Below, piece after piece: positions 1-6,935 of a stretch of DNA of 20,000 bases. The position numbers and the translations under genes are program-made. The notes below the pieces were generated by a model. The model ran no database searches. It was not told the origin of the DNA and was given only the letters and a program-made list of their open reading frames with translations. Source of the stretch: an uncultured virus (IMG/VR IMGVR_UViG_3300025168_000002). Lineage: Duplodnaviria > Heunggongvirae > Uroviricota > Caudoviricetes > Crassvirales. Position 1 is the stretch's first letter; each line of letters starts with the position of its first letter. The stretch is from IMG/VR virus record IMGVR_UViG_3300025168_000002. One strand, written 5' to 3'.

Positions 1-127
1 CGATCTCAGTAGTTTCTGTTGATCCTAGCCTTACATTAAGAGCGTCTATATATTGTCCTGGAGGTACTAAGCGTTCATCAACGCTTTTATTCATTTTACC
101 AGCTATAAAATTCGTGTTAATATCCAT
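1..127 (-). CDS. Tail stabilisation / muzzle (nozzle) protein, N-terminal fragment (continues past left edge)
   Basis: Not in ORF track. ATG at 125-127, 1 nt after the upstream stop, open to the window edge: MDINTNFIAGKMNKSVDERLVPPGQYIDALNVRLGSTETTEI. The F.xGKMNKxxDERLxPxGxYxDAxN start is as I recall it for P22 gp10-like stabilisation proteins of crAss-like/Flavobacteriia phages, and it follows the tail ring genes. Confidence 0.75.
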   Translation of the reverse strand, partial: MDINTNFIAGKMNKSVDERLVPPGQYIDALNVRLGSTETTEI

Positions 128-128
128 A

Positions 129-1049
129 TTATTTCAGCCATTTACTCTGTCCTCTCATGTTCATTAATAGTCTTCCAGGGTGCATATTACTTAATCTTAG
201 TTTTGCGTTTCTCAATAATGATGACTTATCCTTTCTAGCTCTATTAACTACATATTCTTGAATACCATATTTTACATTTAATAATGAGTACCTTATGTAT
301 GCATATATAAATTCTTCAAATAATTTATTAACTTGTATCTTAGAATTATTTCCTTGCTCCATACCATCTGAAACATATTCTAAAACTACAGATTGTCCCG
401 CTAAATCTGAAGATAAATATATAACTCCCTCTTGTTTGTTTATTGTAAACGTAGGATTTACATTTGCAGTCTCTGTGTTTAAACCAAATCTATCCCCTAT
501 TCCATATTCAAAATACCATTCACCATTACAGCAAAATCCTTCCTGCCCGTTGTAAGGCCCAGGCCCTAAATATAAAGCTCTCATTCCTCCCCCTTGTCTT
601 GATAAATCCACTAAAGAGTTTTCAGGTTTTAACACATTACCATCTAAATCAAATAAAATCTGTGCATTATTGTCTTGCAGATAAGAACTACTCCATTGTG
701 TTTGTATGTTTTCAACTAATGGATATAAAACACCATCTCTGTAATACGATATCCTAACATAATTAACATAATCTTGAGGTAAAATAAATCTTATTTGCGA
801 GTCTACAGTTAATTGCAATACTTTAATTTCTTTCATCGCATCGTAATTTAACTCTTGTATTCCTCTCTTTGCGTGAAATAAAACTTGATACCTTTCTATG
901 TTATTTAATATCTCATTGTTACCTTGATATATTAACATAAAATTAGACACTATATCTTCTAAGCTTACATACTGATATGAACCCCAGTTCTCATCCTTAG
1001 GAGATACTTGATTGTTTTCGTAATATTGATAGTCAGTAATATATGCCAT
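129..1049 (-). CDS. Putative tail ring / head-tail structural protein (306 aa)
   Basis: Long ORF between tubular and muzzle genes. Helical N-terminus (FHAKRGIQELNYD), then LPQDYVNYVRIS and a late VVLEYVSDG strand, parallel to LPLDYY and KTQYVRYP in the neighbouring ring protein. Confidence 0.65.
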   Translation of the reverse strand: MAYITDYQYYENNQVSPKDENWGSYQYVSLEDIVSNFMLIYQGNNEILNNIERYQVLFHAKRGIQELNYDAMKEIKVLQLTVDSQIRFILPQDYVNYVRISYYRDGVLYPLVENIQTQWSSSYLQDNNAQILFDLDGNVLKPENSLVDLSRQGGGMRALYLGPGPYNGQEGFCCNGEWYFEYGIGDRFGLNTETANVNPTFTINKQEGVIYLSSDLAGQSVVLEYVSDGMEQGNNSKIQVNKLFEEFIYAYIRYSLLNVKYGIQEYVVNRARKDKSSLLRNAKLRLSNMHPGRLLMNMRGQSKWLK

Positions 1050-1052
1050 TTC

Positions 1053-2039
1053 TTATACTTGTATTTGGTTTTCTTGCACTTCCTCTGTTGATCCAAAATT
1101 ATACACTTGTTGCTCTCTAATTTCTATTCCTACATATTGACATATTTTTGCTATCAACCCTGGTTCATCAGACAATGGTAATTCAAAGTCTTGAAAGTCT
1201 GCTGCCGAAGCATCAAATAATGGTTCTCCTTCAACTATTGTAACAAAAGTCCATTTAGGTGCTTTAGGATATCTAACGTATTGTGTTTTTATAGCACCCG
1301 CAGCTTGTATGGTTGTTGGGTAAACCGTAATGGTATTACCGTCTAAAACGTAAGCGGGAAATAATGAAGATGGAGATGTTATTGTAGAGCTAGTTAAATA
1401 AAATAATTTATTTTGACTTACTCTTTCTACCTCAACTATTGTGTTTGCATCAAATATACTATAGTTTTCAGCAGGAGGTACAGTAGCTGATTGAAATATA
1501 TCAGTTGCTAAATTTAAAGTAGTAGCGTCTACCACTGAATTAACAAATGATTCAGTTAAAGTACCCGTATTAACAACTAAACTGCCTGTAAGCGGAAATA
1601 CTGTAAAGCCAGTAGCTCCAGTATTAAAAGCTGGTGGAGAAGGTTGGCCAACTAAGGCAGCATTTATTAACTGTTTATTATTACTTGCACTTGTTGTTCC
1701 TGATGTAAGAAGTGTAGGGTAATGAAATATTTTATTTATTAAATAATAATCTAACGGTAAGTTCCAAGAATTAGCTCCGTTACCTCCAATTAAAAAAGCT
1801 TGTACTGAAAAAGAATCTATTACCTCAACTAATCCTTTAGTTATATCAGCGTACCCCGTTCCCGAAAGTCTTTGGTTTTCTCTATTTATATATTGATTGT
1901 ACTGATAAAAGTAATCCTCAAATAAGTCCATTTGTGCTTGTTGAGCATACAAATTGAAGTCTTGAGGAGATAAGTACCCGTAATTATTTTTATTTATAAT
2001 TGCCAATACTGTATTCCTAACATTATTAATCATAGCCAT
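1053..2039 (-). CDS. Putative tail tubular / ring (adaptor, P22 gp4-like) protein with inserted beta-domain (328 aa)
   Basis: N-terminal INNVRNTVLAIINKNNYGYLSPQDFNLYAQQAQ and C-terminal YVRYPKAPKW...DFELP motifs, recalled from crAss-like ring proteins. Thr/Ser-rich insert at aa ~110-198. Confidence 0.65.
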   Translation of the reverse strand: MAMINNVRNTVLAIINKNNYGYLSPQDFNLYAQQAQMDLFEDYFYQYNQYINRENQRLSGTGYADITKGLVEVIDSFSVQAFLIGGNGANSWNLPLDYYLINKIFHYPTLLTSGTTSASNNKQLINAALVGQPSPPAFNTGATGFTVFPLTGSLVVNTGTLTESFVNSVVDATTLNLATDIFQSATVPPAENYSIFDANTIVEVERVSQNKLFYLTSSTITSPSSLFPAYVLDGNTITVYPTTIQAAGAIKTQYVRYPKAPKWTFVTIVEGEPLFDASAADFQDFELPLSDEPGLIAKICQYVGIEIREQQVYNFGSTEEVQENQIQV

Positions 2040-2062
2040 AGAAAATACATTTTAAATATCTA

Positions 2063-2070
2063 CAAATATA
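2063..2070 (-). promoter_or_regulatory. Bacteroidota-type -7 promoter element (TATATTTG)
   Basis: Matches TAnnTTTG, intergenic, about 24 nt upstream of the ATG at 2039. Confidence 0.65.
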
Positions 2071-2072
2071 AG

Positions 2073-2107
2073 AAAAAAAAAGAGGTTACTTTTTTTAGTA
2101 ACCTCTT
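2073..2107 (-). terminator. Intrinsic terminator after the 317-aa gene
   Basis: Perfect 11-bp inverted repeat AAGAGGTTACT (2080-2090) / AGTAACCTCTT (2097-2107), 6-nt loop. The plus-strand A-run 2073-2081 gives a U-tail on the minus strand. Confidence 0.8.
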
Positions 2108-2127
2108 AAGAATTGTTGTAAAAACTA

Positions 2128-3081
2128 TTAAGCTGCTGTTACGCTTTCTACTGTTATAACCGCGTTTTCAAATATCGGCATTTGTACTCTTGCAGTAGAA
2201 GGGCCAGGAGGTTCAGGCATATCAACACCTATATATCCTCTCTTCATAGCATTTTGTATTGCAATAGCAACAGCACGTCCAGTTCCTTGATCTGAATGGT
2301 CTATTGTAACTTCATCATTATTAACTGTGTTTAACTGAATTATAGTTTGTTCTGCTCCAGCTCTGTCAGCTAAAACTATCTGATCCATTTGAATTAAATA
2401 TGTTGAAGCTACAGTTGAGTCAAAAATATTATATGCGTCTCCAAGAGCACCTACTGTAGAGCTGCATCTAAATCTATTTTTATCTATAATTACAGTAACT
2501 ATTTCACTAAAGTTTTGTGTAGTGTTTTCATATACATCACCAATAGATAAAGTAGTTAAAAAAGACTGTCCATTACTATAAACTTCATTTGAAGGAGCTG
2601 AAATTGTAAAATTATCATTAAACAAGGTTGAGCTGTTAAAAATATCAGCCGTTAATGTTAATGATGTTTCGTTAATTAAAGCAGCTACAGTAGTTGTCGT
2701 AGAAGCTGTTGTGTTTGTTACAGTATCTCCAACTCTAACTTTACGAGCTGTAAATGTTGATCCTACAGCATTTAATTGATTTAATTTACGAACAGCAAAA
2801 GTTTCTCCACCTGCATTAAATAAATTTGTTGCAAAAGTTAACTTATTTGTTGCTACTGCCGTACAAGCTGCTTGCGTTGACGCAGTAATATTATAAGCTA
2901 TATCTCCAACAACCACTCCTAAAGCAACAAAGTCTACCGCTGCATCATTTAACTCATTAGTTGCAGCCCCTGCATTTGTTCCTGAGGCTATTCCTGCCGA
3001 AGCGGCTGATGGTATTACTAAATCAAGTGTACCAGAAGATACAACTGTGTTAATTGGAATTTCTAAGTATTTCGCTCTCAT
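2128..3081 (-). CDS. Putative virion decoration / head-fibre protein with three internal repeats (317 aa)
   Basis: Ala/Thr/Val-rich. Three repeats of the pattern N.L....F.....GD...N.T. Both termini resemble the adjacent 92-aa protein. Lies downstream of the capsid gene. Confidence 0.55.
   Translation of the reverse strand: MRAKYLEIPINTVVSSGTLDLVIPSAASAGIASGTNAGAATNELNDAAVDFVALGVVVGDIAYNITASTQAACTAVATNKLTFATNLFNAGGETFAVRKLNQLNAVGSTFTARKVRVGDTVTNTTASTTTTVAALINETSLTLTADIFNSSTLFNDNFTISAPSNEVYSNGQSFLTTLSIGDVYENTTQNFSEIVTVIIDKNRFRCSSTVGALGDAYNIFDSTVASTYLIQMDQIVLADRAGAEQTIIQLNTVNNDEVTIDHSDQGTGRAVAIAIQNAMKRGYIGVDMPEPPGPSTARVQMPIFENAVITVESVTAA
2419..3045 (-). repeat. Three ~60-70-aa protein-level repeats within the 317-aa CDS
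   Basis: NELNDAAVDFVALGVVVGDIAYNITAS / NQLNAVGSTFTARKVRVGDTVTNTTAS / NEVYSNGQSFLTTLSIGDVYENTTQN. Confidence 0.8.
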
Positions 3082-3085
3082 AAGA

Positions 3086-3364
3086 TTATGCGTTTACTAT
3101 AGAAGTTACAGCCTTTGGTAGAATTAGCTCAAAGTATGGAGAAGTCCATCCTGTTGATAATGCTGTTTCTATTGAGTTTACTATATCTAAATATACATCT
3201 GAATCTAATTGAGCTGCTGTAGTAATAGTTGTAGTCGTTCCATCAACGTAATCTATTGTTACAAGAGCCGCTGTAGCAGTTTGTGTAGCTACGGCTTTTA
3301 TACCGTTACAGCTAATTAATTGACCTGTAAAAGGTGCGTTTGTTATTTTTAAGAATTTTGTCAT
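3086..3364 (-). CDS. Small putative capsid-associated structural protein (92 aa)
   Basis: ATG with A-rich leader and its own -7 element. Beta-rich then helical. Apparent paralogue of the termini of the 317-aa protein. Confidence 0.6.
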   Translation of the reverse strand: MTKFLKITNAPFTGQLISCNGIKAVATQTATAALVTIDYVDGTTTTITTAAQLDSDVYLDIVNSIETALSTGWTSPYFELILPKAVTSIVNA

Positions 3365-3396
3365 TTTATAAAAAGGTTTTAATGATTATTAATTAA

Positions 3397-3404
3397 CAAA
3401 GATA
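3397..3404 (-). promoter_or_regulatory. Bacteroidota-type -7 promoter element (TATCTTTG)
   Basis: TAnnTTTG in the 46-nt intergenic gap, about 33 nt upstream of the ATG at 3364. Confidence 0.65.
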
Positions 3405-3410
3405 ATGAAT

Positions 3411-4166
3411 CTATTTATCTTTATTTAAAGCCTTTTTAAGCAGCTTATATGTTTCAATACCTTCATCAGATTGCATATATGAGGCTACTATATAATATGC
3501 TTCTTCTCCATAAGGAACAGTAAGCAATTTGCTTTTATTCTTTTTTAAAGAAAAATAAACATCCTTTTTGTTATTTTGAAAAGCTAACAGTCCATTGTCA
3601 AAAAATTGTGCTACTACATTAGTAAGCTCTAACATTGGATCGTTTAAAACCTCCATAAATTCGTAAGGCTCATGTTTTGCAAAAAGCAATACATCTCTTT
3701 TTAATTCTGGTATAGACATTTTGTCCACTGCAACCCCTAAAAACACCCTACACACACTTATTAATTTTTCAGTATCTAATCCTCTAGCTAATACTTGTGC
3801 ATCTAACTCTAGTTCAACACTTTCTAATTCTTGAGCCGCATCTCTTTGAGTATTTATTTCTACAAATGTAGACCCGTTCCCTGGATGATAAGATAAAAAC
3901 TTTTGTAGCACTTGATTTTCTTTACTAACAGCTAACATTCCGTCTTCAAAAACGATAGGTTCTAATATAGCATTACCATCTTGCTCATCTTCAAAAGGAG
4001 ATTTTTGATTTCTTGCGTAACGCAAAGGTCTGTTTAAACCTTGATCTTCGTCAAAATACATTAATGGTGATCTTCTGTGGTGTCTTGACGCTAACATAAA
4101 AGATAAAGGAGATCTTTCTCCTGTTAACTTATACGATTTATTTACTAATTTTTTTACTTTGTTCAT
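3411..4166 (-). CDS. Phage hypothetical protein downstream of the capsid gene (251 aa)
   Basis: Clean ORF with A-rich leader. RPLRYARNQKSPFEDEQ...EPIVFEDGML...LQKFLSYHP resembles a protein I recall next to the MCP in Flavobacteriia phages. Function unknown. Confidence 0.7.
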   Translation of the reverse strand: MNKVKKLVNKSYKLTGERSPLSFMLASRHHRRSPLMYFDEDQGLNRPLRYARNQKSPFEDEQDGNAILEPIVFEDGMLAVSKENQVLQKFLSYHPGNGSTFVEINTQRDAAQELESVELELDAQVLARGLDTEKLISVCRVFLGVAVDKMSIPELKRDVLLFAKHEPYEFMEVLNDPMLELTNVVAQFFDNGLLAFQNNKKDVYFSLKKNKSKLLTVPYGEEAYYIVASYMQSDEGIETYKLLKKALNKDK

Positions 4167-4194
4167 TTTATTTAATTTTAAGTTTATTTAATTT

Positions 4195-4223
4195 AAAAAA
4201 AAGGGAGGAGTTACCCTCCCTTT
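4195..4223 (-). terminator. Intrinsic terminator after the major capsid gene
   Basis: GC-rich stem AAGGGAGG (4201-4208) / CCTCCCTT (4215-4222), 6-nt loop. A8 at 4195-4202 gives the minus-strand U-tail. About 20 nt past the MCP stop. Confidence 0.85.
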
Positions 4224-4242
4224 CTAGTTTACTACCACCTAC

Positions 4243-5715
4243 TTACTGTTGGAATATAAAGAAGTTATTCGCTCCTAAAGTACACACAGCTCTTTCAGAC
4301 AAGAAGTTTACAGTCATACTATCCGTAGTATTTGTTCTTGCACCACCAGCAGAACCAGTAATCCAAGTTTTGTAACGTCTGTCTTCTGATTCAGAAGCTC
4401 TGTATCTTACATGAAGGAAAGGTCTCTTTGCGTTCTTACCTAAGATTTGGTCATATACAGTAGTTGATCCAGCTGGAACCATAAGCCCATTTACTGCACC
4501 ACCTTCTAAACCTCCTCTCATTGTAGGATCATTTAGGTATTTCCAGTCAGACTTATAGAAGTCATAACCTCTTCTAAATCCTGTGAAACCTAAATTAAGA
4601 GCCATTTCTTTATCATTATCAAATAAACCGTATGAAGTACCACCTGCTCCGTAAGAGTTTTGTGCTGCTAACATATCATCTATATCAAATGAGAAATTTC
4701 TATTAACGAATAATACATTTTCTTCAATAGATCCTTGTCTGTCTAATCTCTGAATAACTGAGTCAAAACCTGCTAAAGTAACTGGGTTACCTCCACTCCA
4801 GATGTTTCCTCTGTTTTGCACAGAAAAGAAAATTCCATCAGAACCAGAGCCATTTGCTACACCAAGTCCAGAACCTACTACTTGACCTTGTAAGAAATCT
4901 GCCGCACCAGAAGCCGCACCTGCTGGAACTGCTTCCACCATAGCTGTTTCTAGGTAATCTTCAAAACGTAGTCTTGTTTCATGCTCTGATTTTAGGTACC
5001 ATAAGTATCCATTAGCTCCATTCTCAGTAGTAACTTCTATCCACCCGATTTGAGCCATATCAGAACCATTAACAGTATACTGGTCTTTTATAATAATTGG
5101 TTTGTTATCAAATATTAGATCTTGAGATTCTAAAGATCCAGCCATTCCTGGCGTTCCTTTTCTAAATTCAGATCCGTAAATAAACATTGTAGCTGTAGTT
5201 CCTACTCCAGTCCATGCTTGTCCAGCTGTCTCATAATAGGCTACTGTGAATGTACCTGGAGCTGCTGCTGTTGGAGCTGCTGTTACGATTGCTTTATTAG
5301 ATAATGTTGTTCCATTAGTATCAAGAGAAATCATTATCGTTTGACCTACTCTAATTGCACCAAAACCATTTGCTGGTGCTGATGATGTAGGAGGGGTACT
5401 TGTTAATTGACCAGCTGGAATAACCCAAGTGGCTGCGTCAACACCAGCTATAGATCCTGTTGTCATAGCTGTATATTTAGTGTGTAACCTTCCTTGTTCT
5501 GCCCACTTAATCATATCTGAGTTAGTTGGCATTTCAGCACCTACCATTCTTAAGAATGAAGCTACTGATCTATTTCCATAACGCTCAAATTCTTTTTCAT
5601 AAGTATCTGGTAAATACTGATTTAGAAAATCAAAGTTAGTTATGTAGTTTGTTGGTTGGGCAACTTGCTGAGCACTTGGCTGCAAATTAAACCCAGGGAC
5701 TGCGTTTACTGGCAT
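4243..5715 (-). CDS. Major capsid protein (490 aa)
   Basis: Position portal-scaffold-MCP, followed by a strong terminator. Motifs YLPDTYEKEFERYGNR, WAEQGRLH, GSEFRKG, FTGFRRGYDFYK and VNFLSER are typical of crAss-like/Flavobacteriia HK97-fold capsid proteins. Ala/Thr-rich segment aa ~85-180 is a likely insertion domain. Confidence 0.85.
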   Translation of the reverse strand: MPVNAVPGFNLQPSAQQVAQPTNYITNFDFLNQYLPDTYEKEFERYGNRSVASFLRMVGAEMPTNSDMIKWAEQGRLHTKYTAMTTGSIAGVDAATWVIPAGQLTSTPPTSSAPANGFGAIRVGQTIMISLDTNGTTLSNKAIVTAAPTAAAPGTFTVAYYETAGQAWTGVGTTATMFIYGSEFRKGTPGMAGSLESQDLIFDNKPIIIKDQYTVNGSDMAQIGWIEVTTENGANGYLWYLKSEHETRLRFEDYLETAMVEAVPAGAASGAADFLQGQVVGSGLGVANGSGSDGIFFSVQNRGNIWSGGNPVTLAGFDSVIQRLDRQGSIEENVLFVNRNFSFDIDDMLAAQNSYGAGGTSYGLFDNDKEMALNLGFTGFRRGYDFYKSDWKYLNDPTMRGGLEGGAVNGLMVPAGSTTVYDQILGKNAKRPFLHVRYRASESEDRRYKTWITGSAGGARTNTTDSMTVNFLSERAVCTLGANNFFIFQQ

Positions 5716-5736
5716 CTTTTTTTATGTTTTAATTGT

Positions 5737-6882
5737 TTATAATTTTTTTAAACTTCTAATTTTTAGTCCTCTACCACTGTCATTAAAGTTTGAGCCTAAC
5801 GCTCTTATCTTTGATCCGTCTTTCATAACGCTTTGTTGAGATTGTCTTATATCCATATTAATGTTTTTAGATTTTTTAGAAACATTATCTACGGTATCAG
5901 ACACTCCTTGGTCATAAAAAAACTTAGCATACTTTTCTGGATTCATCGCCATTGATAAAGCCTTATGATAACCATTAACATCAGTAATCATTCCATCTTT
6001 ATCCATGTAATTACTCAAAAAATTATTAACATCAGACTGCTTGCTTTTTAATTCTTGAGAATCTCCAGGCTTAAAAGTAAAATTCTTTTCTCCTACATTG
6101 AACTCAAAACCTTTGAACTCACTGCCAAAAACCTCATCAGTTTTCTTGAGAAACCAATCATACTTTTTTTGGTTTGCTTCTTTAACAGTTTTAGACTCCT
6201 GTATGTAACTTTTATAAGCACTTAAACTTTCTTTGTCAGATTCAGATAACCCACTCCCACTTGACTCAAGAGGAATTTTAAATTTATCTTTTTGAACAAC
6301 GAAATATTTTTTCGCTTTTGCAAGTTCTCTTTTTTTAGCTAATTTTAATTTCTTAATATCTTTTGGATCATCTTCTTCCTCATCGTAAGAAAATTTATCC
6401 TCCATCAAATCTTGAATATCTATAGCGTCTAAACCTTCTTCGGTTTCACCATAATAACTAGCTAATAACTCATCAGAGTCCATGGTATCAAAGTCTCTTT
6501 GTAATTTATAAAAGTCTTCAATACCACGCCCTGTATCCTGTTTATATTTTAGATATGCCGAAACATCTTCAGGTAATTCGTCATTGTCTTTTGTTTGCGT
6601 AAACAAATCATCTACTGAAGAGATATCTTTATCATATCTATTTTTTATATATTTAAGAACGTCTTCGTCATTTAACTCTGACGAGGGAGTTTCTTCCGTT
6701 ACAGCTGACTCGGACTGATCCTCATCTTCTGTGTTTTCCTTTTCCGTTGTTTGTACTTCTGCTACAGGATTAGAAACATTTTCTTGTTGTTCTTGCTTTT
6801 CTTCATGCTTATCTAAAAGTTCTTGCTCTATCTCCTGTCTTGATTTTTCTTCTTTTGTAACTTCTTTTACTGTAATTTCCAT
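5737..6882 (-). CDS. Putative capsid scaffolding protein (381 aa)
   Basis: Strongly acidic, low-complexity N-terminus, helical Lys/Glu-rich middle and basic C-terminal tail (RGLKIRSLKKL). Located between portal and MCP. Confidence 0.6.
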   Translation of the reverse strand: MEITVKEVTKEEKSRQEIEQELLDKHEEKQEQQENVSNPVAEVQTTEKENTEDEDQSESAVTEETPSSELNDEDVLKYIKNRYDKDISSVDDLFTQTKDNDELPEDVSAYLKYKQDTGRGIEDFYKLQRDFDTMDSDELLASYYGETEEGLDAIDIQDLMEDKFSYDEEEDDPKDIKKLKLAKKRELAKAKKYFVVQKDKFKIPLESSGSGLSESDKESLSAYKSYIQESKTVKEANQKKYDWFLKKTDEVFGSEFKGFEFNVGEKNFTFKPGDSQELKSKQSDVNNFLSNYMDKDGMITDVNGYHKALSMAMNPEKYAKFFYDQGVSDTVDNVSKKSKNINMDIRQSQQSVMKDGSKIRALGSNFNDSGRGLKIRSLKKL

Positions 6883-6902
6883 TTTATTTTATTTAATTTA
6901 TA

Positions 6903-6920
6903 CAAAGTTAATACTTATTT
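6903..6920 (-). promoter_or_regulatory. Promoter for scaffold + MCP (AAATAAGTAT-TAACTTTG)
   Basis: TAnnTTTG at 6903-6910, about 21 nt upstream of the ATG at 6882. The 18 bp are identical to 9418-9435. Confidence 0.75.
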
Positions 6921-6935
6921 ATTTAATTTTTTAGA

